Positions 25,503 to 34,099 of a stretch of 41,169 nucleotides of DNA are shown piece after piece. The position numbers and the translations under genes are program-made. This DNA is from a virus. The stretch is from IMG/VR virus record IMGVR_UViG_3300005824_000019, positions 1 through 41,169 of that record. One strand, written 5' to 3'. Under the pieces are notes generated by a model. The model was given only the letters and a program-made list of their open reading frames with translations, was not told where the DNA came from and did no database searches. Numbering within the stretch: the stretch's first letter is position 1; each line of letters starts with the position of its first letter.

Positions 25503-27544
25503 GGAATAACGTGCCATCTGCACCCGTTTCCAGGCCGTCCATTGGTGCCCAGAACACCCCTATCAAGGCCGAACTGACGCACCGCATCCACCCTCCTCTC
25601 ACCAATACTTAACAGCTGCGCCAACCGCGCCTTTCCAATGCTCGGGTCGGCCAGGGTCGCATGCACCATACGCTCCAGATCCGCCTCCAGGTCGAGCCTG
25701 GCGCGCTCCTCCTCGGCACTCTCGCGCTCGGCCTGGCCCATATCCAGCTCCATCTGGGAGACCTGGCGGACCACAGGGGCCGTCTCGAGCTTCCCGAAGT
25801 TGTTGGTCCGACCCGTCTCGGCCGACTCGATCAGGTAGAAGAACTCCTCGTTCTTGGATGCCAGACCGCGCTGCTGCCGGATGTGGGCGACGATGCAGCC
25901 GCGATTGTCATGTCCCTCGGTCTCGCCGTCCAGGTCCGTTTCGTCCCAGATCACGATCTCGGTGTCGACGATGGCCCCGAACACGCCGGAGCCAGAGTAC
26001 GACGTGCCGGCCTTGGTCGTGTGGTGCACCAGGATGACGTGGACGCCCAGCTCGTGCGCCATGCGGTGCAGGTAGGTCACCACCGGCGAGATCTCCTTCG
26101 CGTCGGACTCGTCGATGCCTGGGGTCGCGGACCGGAAGGTGTCCACGATGATCAGGTTGGTCCCTGGCAGCTCGCGCAGGGTCGCCTTCATCTTGCCGCT
26201 GAACAGGCTCCGGTCGGCCTCGGTCGTCAACGTGATCGGGTCATAGGTGCCGTACAGGGGGACGCTGCCGCCCCGCCTGGCGCGGATCGCGCGCATCCTG
26301 GACTCGATGGTGGCCGGTGACTCCGCGCAGACGTACAGGGCCGTGCACTGCTCCACCAGCTTGCCGTGCCAGGGATCGCCGGCCGCGACGTGCTCGGCCA
26401 GGTCCAGGGCGAAGGCAGACTTGCCGGTGTTGGGCTGCGCGCTGATCAGGGTCATCTCGCCGTAGACGAGCACATCCTCCACCAGCTGCCGCGGGGGCGG
26501 GGTCGCCGGGTCCAGGTTGTCATAGCTGAATAGCTTGAAACCCGTCGCCGGCTCAGGCTTTGGGGGCTCGTACTCCAGGTCGACGTCCTCCAGGCCGGCG
26601 AAGTCGGCCGCGGCGTCCGTCTTGCCGAACCCCTGCTCCCGGCACCAGGACATGAAATCGTTGAGCGTGCGGTCCTGGCAGCTGCCGTGGTGGCACTTGA
26701 ACCAGAACCCGGGCAGCTCAGGGTGGGAGCCTGGCTTGCCGATCGCGCACCCGTCGTCACGGTCCTCGCTGTGACCATCGACCCAGGGGCAGGTCAGCTC
26801 GAACTTGTCCGGGGTCTCCTCCTTCAGGCTGCCCAGCTGGGCGTACCAGTCCAGGGCCTCGACCACCGGGCCGCCCTCCGGGTACTTCTCGGTATCGAAC
26901 AGGACAGGCTTCGGCTTCTCGATCAGGGCCTCGTAGTCCAGGTCGTAGGCAGCGCACAGCTCGCGCACGGTGTAGGTGCGCTCAGGGTGCCACCCCTTCA
27001 TCCGGTTGACGTGCCCGTGCTTGCCGTTCACGCCCTGGGGGAGCTTGGCGTACCGGGTGACGCCCAGCATGCCCGGGTCCGTCTCGTCCGGGCTCACCCG
27101 CTTGGCGATGCCGGCGATCAGGCGGGTGGCGATGGTCAGGTCGGTCACCGGCTCGGTGAGCTTGTAGCCCACCTGGGCGTTGCCCGGCGACGTCTCGATG
27201 GCGTAGGTCGGGGGCAGGGCGATCGCCTCCCTGGGGATCTTGCCGCCGACGTGGGTCCCGTTCAGGATCACGTCGTCGACCATCACCACATGCAGGGCGA
27301 CGAAGTCGCGCTTGCGCCGGTTCTTGCCGGTGAAGGTGCTGACGGTGAAGTAGTTGTTGGCCTGGTCGTCCCAGGCGTAGTCCTCGCGCCACTTGAACGG
27401 GACCCAGGCGGACTGCGGTGCATCCTTGGGGTGGCCCTTGAAACTGCAGACCAGGATGGTATTATGAGTTTCCCCGAACACTCCCGCCAGGAACTGTTCA
27501 TTTGTAGGCCCCTTCCCCGGGGCCTGTTTTTTACTTCCCATCAC
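25484..27544 (-). CDS. Bifunctional AEP primase-polymerase / RecA-fold (AAA_25/RepA-like) helicase.
   Basis: - AEP-like motifs 'FVALHVVMVDDV' and 'ETSPGNAQVGY'.
- Cys/His cluster 'CPWVDGHSEDRDDGC...FKCHHGSC'.
- Walker A 'ISAQPNTGKSAF' and Walker B-like 'NLIIVDTF'.
- wHTH-like C-terminus. Confidence 0.75.
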   Translation of the reverse strand: MMGSKKQAPGKGPTNEQFLAGVFGETHNTILVCSFKGHPKDAPQSAWVPFKWREDYAWDDQANNYFTVSTFTGKNRRKRDFVALHVVMVDDVILNGTHVGGKIPREAIALPPTYAIETSPGNAQVGYKLTEPVTDLTIATRLIAGIAKRVSPDETDPGMLGVTRYAKLPQGVNGKHGHVNRMKGWHPERTYTVRELCAAYDLDYEALIEKPKPVLFDTEKYPEGGPVVEALDWYAQLGSLKEETPDKFELTCPWVDGHSEDRDDGCAIGKPGSHPELPGFWFKCHHGSCQDRTLNDFMSWCREQGFGKTDAAADFAGLEDVDLEYEPPKPEPATGFKLFSYDNLDPATPPPRQLVEDVLVYGEMTLISAQPNTGKSAFALDLAEHVAAGDPWHGKLVEQCTALYVCAESPATIESRMRAIRARRGGSVPLYGTYDPITLTTEADRSLFSGKMKATLRELPGTNLIIVDTFRSATPGIDESDAKEISPVVTYLHRMAHELGVHVILVHHTTKAGTSYSGSGVFGAIVDTEIVIWDETDLDGETEGHDNRGCIVAHIRQQRGLASKNEEFFYLIESAETGRTNNFGKLETAPVVRQVSQMELDMGQAERESAEEERARLDLEADLERMVHATLADPSIGKARLAQLLSIGERRVDAVRQFGLDRGVLGTNGRPGNGCRWHVIPECDRV

Positions 27545-27580
27545 GCATTATCTCCTCTGTTGTTATGCTGCGGGTCGGTC

Positions 27581-27610
27581 AGTATATGCCCAGGCGTTGC
27601 ATCCCTGCAA
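27581..27610 (-). promoter_or_regulatory. Sigma70-type promoter for the minus-strand arm (primase-helicase onward).
   Basis: On the minus strand: TTGCAG (27610-27605), an 18-nt spacer, then TATACT (27586-27581). It lies about 37 nt upstream of the primase-helicase start region. Confidence 0.5.
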
Positions 27611-27626
27611 CTGTTTCGTGTATAGT
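27597..27626 (+). promoter_or_regulatory. Sigma70-type promoter for the plus-strand early/replication arm.
   Basis: TTGCAT (27597-27602), an 18-nt spacer, then TATAGT (27621-27626). It lies 44 nt upstream of the RHH gene ATG. Its -35 box is one arm of the palindrome GTTGCAtcccTGCAAC. Confidence 0.55.
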
Positions 27627-27669
27627 GCATCCCGTCGAACTACGACGCCACACTAACGAGGAGATAGAC

Positions 27670-27831
27670 ATGCCCAAAGCACCAGCAGAGCACGACTCAC
27701 AGATAGCAATCAGAATGCCGGCCGCCATGCGCCTGGAGCTGGACAAGATCGCCAGGAAAGAACGCCGCAAGACCACCCAGGTCATCCGTATCGCCATCGA
27801 GGACTACCTGGCAAGGAGCAAGAAGAAGTGA
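27670..27831 (+). CDS. Ribbon-helix-helix (CopG/Arc/MetJ-type) DNA-binding protein (53 aa).
   Basis: 'SQIAIRMPAAMRLELDKIARKERRKTTQVIRIAIEDYL' has the beta-strand / helix / helix RHH pattern. The ATG at 27670 follows GAGGAG. It is the first gene of the plus-strand arm. Confidence 0.7.
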   Translation: MPKAPAEHDSQIAIRMPAAMRLELDKIARKERRKTTQVIRIAIEDYLARSKKK

Positions 27832-28154
27832 ACGCACCGGTGATCTTCAGGCGGCCCATGTGGGTGGCCTTCAAGCGGTTCCACCGGGAGAACCCGCACG
27901 TCTACCGACTGATCGAGCGGTTCGCCCATGAGGCGTACAACGCCGGCCGGACGAACTTCAGTATCTCGATGGTAGTCGAGCGCATCCGCTGGGAGACGGC
28001 GATCGTCACCCGGTCCGACGACGGGTTCAAGATCCCGAACGACCACCGGGCGTACTACGCCAGGCTGTACATGGCCAAGCACGACCGCATCGGTTTCTTC
28101 CGCACCAGGAAGCAGACCCAACCCGCCACGAAAGAGGAGTACCTGGCACTATGA
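27828..28154 (+). CDS. Hypothetical protein (108 aa).
   Basis: GTG start overlapping the RHH stop (GTGA), and ATGA overlap with the next gene. No family recognised. Confidence 0.55.
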   Translation: MNAPVIFRRPMWVAFKRFHRENPHVYRLIERFAHEAYNAGRTNFSISMVVERIRWETAIVTRSDDGFKIPNDHRAYYARLYMAKHDRIGFFRTRKQTQPATKEEYLAL

Positions 28155-29218
28155 TTAATGGACACGCGAAGTGGAGCCCGAGCGGTTCCCCCAGGTGGTT
28201 GAAGTGTTCCGCCTCCGTCACCGCGGTATCGCCCGAGGCCCTGGCCAGGGACACCAGCTCCCCGGCGGCAGAGCGCGGGACCATGCTGCACGAGCTGGCC
28301 GCCGACGTACTGACCGGGCAGATCGACCAGAACGATCCGGCCGCGGCCCTGGATGTCATGGCGATCGTCGACTACGTCAATTACGTCCGCGACCACGAGG
28401 AAGACTTCAACAACCAGATCCACATCGAGGTCAACTGCCACCTCACGCCGATCACCGGCGAGGATGGGGCGACCGGCGCAATCGACGCCCTGGTGGTGAA
28501 CGACAAGCTGCTGAAGGTCATCGACCTGAAGACCGGCATGCACCCGGTGGAGCCCAGCTCCAGCCAGCTCATGATCTACGGCGCGGCCTGCTGCTACGAG
28601 ATCGAGTACAACGGGCCGGTGGAGTTGATCGTCCACCAGGGCGGGCACGCGAAGGTGCACGAGACGCACAGCGAGACGCTCCTGGCGTATGCGGCCGGTG
28701 TCCGGCAGTACGTCGCCCTGGCAGAGCAGGCGGCCCTCAAGGGCAAGCACAGCTACAACGCCGGCGAGGACCAGTGCCGGTTCTGCCCGCACGTCATCGA
28801 GTGCCAGGAGCTGCAGTCATACCGCAACGCCCTGGCCGCCCAGGAGTTCAGCGTGCCGGAGGATACCGACAAGCTGGCCGACGACCTGGAGATGATCCCG
28901 CCGCTGATGGCGTGGGCGAAGGCCGTGCAGGAACACGCCCAGGGGCTCGCGCTCAAGGGTAACGAGATCCCTGGCTACAAGTTGGTCCGGGCTAATACGA
29001 TGCGGAAGTGGGTCGGCGAAGAAGAACTTGTTGCCGTACTTGGGGATGCAGCGTATGATCGAAAACTCATCGGCATAGGAGCCGGTGAGAAACTGTTGGA
29101 CGCTGAGACGATGAACGCATTGACGATAAAACCCGAAGGGCAGCCTGTGCTGGTGTCCGCGAAGGACAAACGCCCTGCGATCACCACCGACGCCGCCGAC
29201 GATTTTAAAGACGCCTAA
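28151..29218 (+). CDS. PD-(D/E)XK nuclease, DUF2800 / Cas4-like.
   Basis: N-terminal 'KWSPSGSPRWLKCSAS', 'AIDALVV...LKVIDLKTG' (D...D.K), 'SQLMIYG', and C-terminal Cys motif 'CRFCPHVIEC'. Sits in the conserved DUF2800-DUF2815-PolA neighbourhood. Confidence 0.75.
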   Translation: MINGHAKWSPSGSPRWLKCSASVTAVSPEALARDTSSPAAERGTMLHELAADVLTGQIDQNDPAAALDVMAIVDYVNYVRDHEEDFNNQIHIEVNCHLTPITGEDGATGAIDALVVNDKLLKVIDLKTGMHPVEPSSSQLMIYGAACCYEIEYNGPVELIVHQGGHAKVHETHSETLLAYAAGVRQYVALAEQAALKGKHSYNAGEDQCRFCPHVIECQELQSYRNALAAQEFSVPEDTDKLADDLEMIPPLMAWAKAVQEHAQGLALKGNEIPGYKLVRANTMRKWVGEEELVAVLGDAAYDRKLIGIGAGEKLLDAETMNALTIKPEGQPVLVSAKDKRPAITTDAADDFKDA

Positions 29219-29234
29219 AACGAGGAACACTCAC

Positions 29235-29825
29235 ATGGCAAAGCTAATCACACCTCCCTTCAAGGGATCATTCGTCCACCTGGTAGAACCGAAGGCACCC
29301 GCCGCCGGTGCAGACCCGGTGTATTCTATCGCCATCGTCCTGCCCAAGGGTGACGCCGCCACCAAGAAGTTTATGAAGGAACTGAAGTCGATCTGCGACG
29401 CGAAAGCGAAGGAGAAATTCGGCACGCTCCCGAAGAAACTGAAGTACCCCTGGAAGGACGGCGACCAGGAAGACGACCGTCCCGAGTGGGCCGGTGCCTG
29501 GATCGTCAACGCCAAGAGCAAGTCGCGCCCCGGCATCGTGATGAAGAACCTCAAGCCGGTGATGGACGAGGAGCTGCTCTACTCAGGCGCAATGTACCGC
29601 GCGTCCGTGAGCGAGTGGTCCTGGACCCACCCCACCGGTGGTAAGGGCGTGAGCCTGAACCTGGACAACGTCATGTGGTTGGAGCACGGCGACCGGTTCG
29701 ACGGCCGCAGCGCAGCCGATGACGACTTCGCCGACTTCGCCGAGGAAGTGGTCGAGGAGGAGAACGTCTCCGAGTCCGACTTCGCCGCGGAAGACGAAAC
29801 CGACGAAGAAGACGCATTTGCGTGA
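29235..29825 (+). CDS. Single-stranded DNA-binding protein, DUF2815 type.
   Basis: 'TPPFKGSFVHLVEPK...YSIAIVLPKGD...' OB-fold pattern, plus an acidic C-terminal tail 'DDDFADFAEEVVEEENVSESDFAAEDETDEEDAFA'. Located between the DUF2800 gene and the polymerase gene. Confidence 0.7.
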   Translation: MAKLITPPFKGSFVHLVEPKAPAAGADPVYSIAIVLPKGDAATKKFMKELKSICDAKAKEKFGTLPKKLKYPWKDGDQEDDRPEWAGAWIVNAKSKSRPGIVMKNLKPVMDEELLYSGAMYRASVSEWSWTHPTGGKGVSLNLDNVMWLEHGDRFDGRSAADDDFADFAEEVVEEENVSESDFAAEDETDEEDAFA

Positions 29826-29828
29826 ACA

Positions 29829-29851
29829 CCAGGGGGACATGACCCCCCTGG
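29829..29851 (+). other. GC-rich stem-loop 4 nt after the SSB stop codon. Possible attenuator, processing site or mRNA-stability element.
   Basis: CCAGGGGG-acatgac-CCCCCTGG: 8 bp with a 7-nt loop. No following T-tract. A second 7-bp hairpin lies at 29882-29909. Confidence 0.5.
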
Positions 29852-29932
29852 GATAGGCCGAGTCTGACTCCTAACTGGTACTGATCCCACCAGGGCCGCA
29901 CAGGGATCACTTCCTCCCTTGGAGAGATAAAC

Positions 29933-31816
29933 ATGAAAGATGCCTCGATTGACTTCGAGACCCGTAGTCTCGTCGATATTAAACTGGGTGCCTGGCGATA
30001 CGCCGAGGACCCCTCCACCGAAATTCTCTGCATGGCGTGGCAACTGCCCGGCATGAAATCCCCCGGCCTGTGGTGGCCGAAGACCGACCCCTTCCCGATC
30101 GCCCTGCGTGAGCACGTCCAGGCCGGTGGGACTGTGCGCGCGTTCAACGCCGAGTTCGAGCTGGCGATCTGGACCCATCACTTGGCCCAGTACCACGGCC
30201 CGCTGCGCCTGGACCAGCTGCGCTGCACCCAGGCCGAAGGTCACGCGATGGCCCTGCCGAGCAAGCTCGAGGAGTGCGGCCTGGCCCTGGGCGTCGCTGA
30301 GAAGCACCTGAAAGATCCCCAGGGCAAGAAGCTGATCCAGTACCTGTGCCGGCCGTTCCGCGGGAAATTCCGCGAGGACCCGGTGCGCCTGGCGGCCCTG
30401 GGTGACTACTGTATCCAGGACGTCGTCGCCGAGATCGGCATCATGCGGAAGGTCCGACGCCTCTCCACCATCGAGCTGAACACCTGGCGGTTGACCCTGG
30501 ACATGAACCGCAAGGGCATGCCGGTCAACATGGACCTGGTCCGCAGGATGGGCAAGCGCGTCTCCGAGCAGCAGGCCCTGGGCGTCGCCGAGTGCGTGGC
30601 GATCACCGGCGGGATCAAGCCGAGCCAGCGCGAGCAGCTCCTGCTGTGGCTCCAGGAGCGCGGGGTCGACATCGAGGACATGCAGAAGCAGACCCTGGAG
30701 CGCGCGGTCGCGAACTTCGACCACGACGGGCCACACCCGGACGCCTGCCGGGTGATGAACCTGCGGCTCCTGGTCAACCAGACGTCCCTGGCGAAGCTCA
30801 AGAAGCTGCCCCTGGCGGTCTGCGCCGACGCTACCATGAAGGGCCTGTTCGCCTACCACGCCGCCAGCACGGGCCGGTACGCCAGCCGCGGCGGGTTCAA
30901 CACCCAGAACCTGCCCCGGGGCACGTTCGAGACGGTGGAGCAGTACATCGAGGTCCTGCGTAACATCGAGGGCGCGACCCTGGGTGACCTGGTGAGCGTG
31001 CTGCGGGCGGTGTTCCAATTCGACATCACCTCCGTCGACTACTCCCAGATCGAGACCCGGGTGATCCTGTGGATGGCCGGCGACGAGGCCGGGCTCCAGG
31101 AATTCCGCGAGAACCTGGACCCCTACAAGACGATGGCCGCCCGGATTTACCTCACCACCTACGACGCGGTCGAGAAGTGGCAGCGGCAGATCGGGAAGTC
31201 CGCGGTCCTGGGTGCCGGCTACCAGCTGGGGTGGCGCGGCTACATCGCCTACTGCGACAAGCAGGACATCGTGGTGGACCAGGAGACGGCCGTGCGAGCG
31301 ATCGACACCTTCCGGTCCAAGTACCGCAAGGTCGAGAAGGCCTGGAAGAACTTCCAGACCGCGGGCGTGCGAGCGATCGACAACCCGGGCACCGCGTTCC
31401 ACACCAACCGGTGCCAGCTCCAGGTGCGCCACGGTTACCTGTGGCTGAAGCTGCCCTCCGGCCGCGAGATCGCCTACAAGGACCCGGTGCTCAAGCCAGG
31501 GCGCGAGGACTGGATGGGCCCGGAGATCACGTTCATGGGCCGCGACCGCTACACCAGGAAGTGGAGCCGGCAGTCGACATACGGCGGGAGCATCTTCCAG
31601 TCCGCGGTCCAGGGCACCGCCCGGGATCTCATGACGTCGGCCATGCTCCGGGCTCACCGCCAGGGGATCGACCTGCGCGGCACCGTACACGATGAGGTCA
31701 TCGCCCTGGGACACTGCTCCGATGAGCTGGGCGAGATCATGTGCACGTTACCACCCTGGGCCGCCGGATTGCCGGTGAAGGTCGACGGGTGGGAAGGAGA
31801 TTTTTACAGGAAATGA
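29933..31816 (+). CDS. Family A DNA polymerase with an N-terminal 3'-5' exonuclease.
   Basis: - Exo motifs 'IDFETRS', 'FNAEFELAIW' and 'YCIQDV'.
- Pol motif A 'VDYSQIETRV'.
- Motif B 'RQIGKSAVLGAGYQ'.
- Motif C 'TVHDEV'. Confidence 0.9.
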   Translation: MKDASIDFETRSLVDIKLGAWRYAEDPSTEILCMAWQLPGMKSPGLWWPKTDPFPIALREHVQAGGTVRAFNAEFELAIWTHHLAQYHGPLRLDQLRCTQAEGHAMALPSKLEECGLALGVAEKHLKDPQGKKLIQYLCRPFRGKFREDPVRLAALGDYCIQDVVAEIGIMRKVRRLSTIELNTWRLTLDMNRKGMPVNMDLVRRMGKRVSEQQALGVAECVAITGGIKPSQREQLLLWLQERGVDIEDMQKQTLERAVANFDHDGPHPDACRVMNLRLLVNQTSLAKLKKLPLAVCADATMKGLFAYHAASTGRYASRGGFNTQNLPRGTFETVEQYIEVLRNIEGATLGDLVSVLRAVFQFDITSVDYSQIETRVILWMAGDEAGLQEFRENLDPYKTMAARIYLTTYDAVEKWQRQIGKSAVLGAGYQLGWRGYIAYCDKQDIVVDQETAVRAIDTFRSKYRKVEKAWKNFQTAGVRAIDNPGTAFHTNRCQLQVRHGYLWLKLPSGREIAYKDPVLKPGREDWMGPEITFMGRDRYTRKWSRQSTYGGSIFQSAVQGTARDLMTSAMLRAHRQGIDLRGTVHDEVIALGHCSDELGEIMCTLPPWAAGLPVKVDGWEGDFYRK

Positions 31817-32373
31817 GACCAGACGAGAAAGTCCTCGAGCGACGATTCGCCAAGGCGATCAAAGACCGCGGCGGGCTGTGTATCAAGATGGGGTTCCTCA
31901 TCCACATACCCGACCGCCTGGTGCTGATGCCTGGGGCGATCATCGAGTTCATCGAGTTCAAGCGCGAGGGTGTAGTGCCCCGCGAGGGGCAGCTGGCGAT
32001 GCACACCAGGCTGCGGAAATTAGGGTTCAAGGTATCGGTAATTGACAATGACCTACAAGCTAACTGCGCCATTGCACGACTATCAAAAGCGAGTGGCGTC
32101 GCATGTAACAAGGGGAAAAGGAAACGCCCTGTTCCTGGAGATGGGCCTGGGCAAGACGCTCACGACCCTGGAGATCCTGGCCTGGCGGATGTGGAAGGGA
32201 AAGACCCGGCGGACCCTGGTGATCGCGCCCAAGCGGATCTGCGACCAGGTCTGGCGACAGGAGGTGACCCACTGGAAGTACCCGCTTTCTGTGAGCCTGT
32301 TAAACCAGAGTCCCGCAAAGCGCGTGGCCGAACTAAAGAAGCCGCAAGCCGACGTCTACCTCCTGACCTATGA
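31813..32373 (+). CDS. VRR-NUC nuclease. The domain occupies the first ~80 aa; the ORF then stays open for 330 nt into the SNF2 gene.
   Basis: The ATG at 31813 overlaps the polymerase stop (ATGA). 'IPDRLVLMPGAIIEFIEFKREGVVPREGQLAMHTRLRKLGFKVSVI' contains the VRR-NUC D...ExK...Q core. The tail after ~32040 looks like an out-of-frame translation of the helicase gene. Confidence 0.65.
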   Translation: MRPDEKVLERRFAKAIKDRGGLCIKMGFLIHIPDRLVLMPGAIIEFIEFKREGVVPREGQLAMHTRLRKLGFKVSVIDNDLQANCAIARLSKASGVACNKGKRKRPVPGDGPGQDAHDPGDPGLADVEGKDPADPGDRAQADLRPGLATGGDPLEVPAFCEPVKPESRKARGRTKEAASRRLPPDL

Positions 32374-33412
32374 GAAGCTGCAATGGCTCGAGGAGACCGG
32401 GCTGTTCCCGTTCGACACCGTTGTCCTGGACGAGCTGTCCAAGATGAAGAACTCCGGCAGCATGCGCTGGCGCGCGTTCAAGCGCATCCTGGCCAGGCAC
32501 AAACCCTACCGGCTCGGGCTCACCGGCACGCCGGCACCGAACGGTTACCCGGACCTGTGGGCGCAGATGTACTGCCTCGATGAGGGGCGCGCCCTGGGGC
32601 CGGTGAAGGGTCGGTACCTGAACAAGTATTTCATCGACACCAGCAGCGACCCCAGGCGATACCACCGCTGGGTGCCGCGGCCGGGGGCGATAAACGCAAT
32701 AAACGAAACGCTCAGGAAGGCCGGCGTGATCAGCATGCGCGCCTCCGACGTCCTGGGACAGCTGCCCCCGGTGCAGTTGCCCAGCGTGCGCCTGGAGCTG
32801 CCGGCGAAGGTCCGGGCGATCTACCAGGAGCTGGAGAACGACCTGGTCGCGAACATGCCGGACGGCACCGTCGTGCTGCCCAGCCACATGGCGGTGGTAC
32901 AGACGAAGCTGCGCCAGGTCTCCTCCGGGTTCATGCTCGACGAGGACGGCGGTGTCCACAGGTTACACACAGGAAAGGTCCGCGCCCTGGAGGAGGTCCT
33001 CGAGGAGATGGACGGCGAGCCCCTGCTGGTGGTCTACACCTACCAGGAGGAGCTGGCGATGATCAAGGAGCAGCTGGGGCACGTCCCCTGGCTGGGCGGT
33101 GGCACCAAGGACCGCGACGCCGACGCATGGATCGCCGCCTGGAATAAACGCGAGCTGCCGCTGCTCCTGGTACAGCCACAGTCCGCGGGGCACGGCCTGA
33201 ACCTGCAGAAGGGCGGGCACAACGTCCTGTTCTACTCCGCCGACTGGAACCTGGAGACCTACCAGCAGGTGATCGCCAGGCTCGATCGCCAGGGCCAGGA
33301 GTCCACGGTGTTCGTCCGGCACCTGGTCGCCGGCGAGGTCGAGGACAAGATCACCAGGAGCCTGACCCAGAAGGCCGGGGTCCAGGACGGGCTCATGGTG
33401 GCGTTAAAATAA
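32042..33412 (+). CDS. SNF2-family helicase.
   Basis: Motif I 'EMGLGKT', motif II 'VVLDELSKM', 'LTGTP', 'QSAGHGLNLQ', and motif VI 'ARLDRQGQ'. The track start is TTG at 32042; there is an ATG at 32048. Confidence 0.85.
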   Translation: MTMTYKLTAPLHDYQKRVASHVTRGKGNALFLEMGLGKTLTTLEILAWRMWKGKTRRTLVIAPKRICDQVWRQEVTHWKYPLSVSLLNQSPAKRVAELKKPQADVYLLTYEKLQWLEETGLFPFDTVVLDELSKMKNSGSMRWRAFKRILARHKPYRLGLTGTPAPNGYPDLWAQMYCLDEGRALGPVKGRYLNKYFIDTSSDPRRYHRWVPRPGAINAINETLRKAGVISMRASDVLGQLPPVQLPSVRLELPAKVRAIYQELENDLVANMPDGTVVLPSHMAVVQTKLRQVSSGFMLDEDGGVHRLHTGKVRALEEVLEEMDGEPLLVVYTYQEELAMIKEQLGHVPWLGGGTKDRDADAWIAAWNKRELPLLLVQPQSAGHGLNLQKGGHNVLFYSADWNLETYQQVIARLDRQGQESTVFVRHLVAGEVEDKITRSLTQKAGVQDGLMVALK

Positions 33413-33416
33413 GTTG

Positions 33417-33467
33417 TTGCATTGCATCGCACCCCATGAGAAGATGGGTTTCCCCTGGAGACAGGGG
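33417..33467 (+). promoter_or_regulatory. Promoter P-acc1 with a 5'-leader hairpin.
   Basis: TTGCAT (33417-22), a 17-nt spacer containing TG, GAAGAT (33440-45), then hairpin CCCCTG-GAGA-CAGGGG (33452-67). A near-identical cassette lies at 34016-34068. Confidence 0.45.
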
Positions 33468-33493
33468 CCAACGAAATCAGACGGAGAGACGAG

Positions 33494-33850
33494 ATGGACC
33501 TGACAAACTTTAACTACCGCCACCACAACCTGCAGCTGGAGATTCTCCAGGGCGACCTGGTCGAGACCGAGGACGGGATCTTCCCCCTGGTCCACATCAT
33601 GCTCTGGAACGACGACTACCAGTACGCCCTGAAGCACGCATTCGTGGGTTTCAAGATGTTTGATGACGACGGCGTCGAGCACATCGTCACCGGCGAGAAC
33701 CAGGCCAAGGCGGTGGTCCGCAGGATCGAGCACAAGGGCCGGGTGAACCTGGAGAACTGGAAAGCGGCAGACGACGCCCTCCTGGCCTCTATGGGCATCG
33801 GTTGCGGTATCGAGGTCGGTACCCTGGGCAGCCTGGACGGTCTGATATGA
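33494..33850 (+). CDS. Hypothetical protein (118 aa).
   Basis: ORF preceded by SD 'GACGGAGAGACGAG' + ATG. Confidence 0.6.
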   Translation: MDLTNFNYRHHNLQLEILQGDLVETEDGIFPLVHIMLWNDDYQYALKHAFVGFKMFDDDGVEHIVTGENQAKAVVRRIEHKGRVNLENWKAADDALLASMGIGCGIEVGTLGSLDGLI

Positions 33851-33987
33851 TCTACCTGCTGCTGACATTGATCCTGATCACCCTGGTATTCGGCCGCACG
33901 GCCGGATGCCTGGCCACACTCCTGGCCCTGGGTGGTTTCATATTCATCCTCGCGGTCCTGGTTCAGGCCCTGGGGGCATCTGCCTGA
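33847..33987 (+). CDS. Small two-TM membrane protein (46 aa).
   Basis: The ATG at 33847 overlaps the upstream stop (ATGA). 'MIYLLLTLILITLVFGRTAGCLATLLALGGFIFILAVLVQALGASA'. Confidence 0.5.
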   Translation: MIYLLLTLILITLVFGRTAGCLATLLALGGFIFILAVLVQALGASA

Positions 33988-34015
33988 AAAGGCGACAGGT
34001 GGTAAAATAAAAGGG

Positions 34016-34068
34016 TTGCAAGGCATCCCGAAGGTATGAGAGAATTGCACTTCCCCTGGAGACAGGGG
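34016..34068 (+). promoter_or_regulatory. Promoter P-acc2 with a 5'-leader hairpin (paralogue of 33417-33467).
   Basis: TTGCAA (34016-21), an 18-nt spacer ending in TGA, GAGAAT (34040-45), then hairpin CCCCTG-GAGA-CAGGGG (34053-68). Downstream SD 'GACGGAGAGACGTT' + ATG. Confidence 0.45.
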
Positions 34069-34099
34069 CTTTACTTAGACGATACGACGGAGAGACGTT

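Noticed and set aside
29579-31714. A 711-aa minus-strand ORF antisense to the DNA polymerase gene. Similar long shadow ORFs include 22146..23522 (+, antisense to terL), 3448..4722 (+), 87..653 (+), 25661..26320 (+), 28055..28792 (-), 37361..38320 (+) and 20513..21265 (+).
   Set aside because: Their translations are Arg/Gly/Pro/Leu/Val-rich with no motifs. They lie exactly opposite genes that have strong family signatures. Long antisense ORFs are expected in GC-rich DNA with G/C-ending codons.
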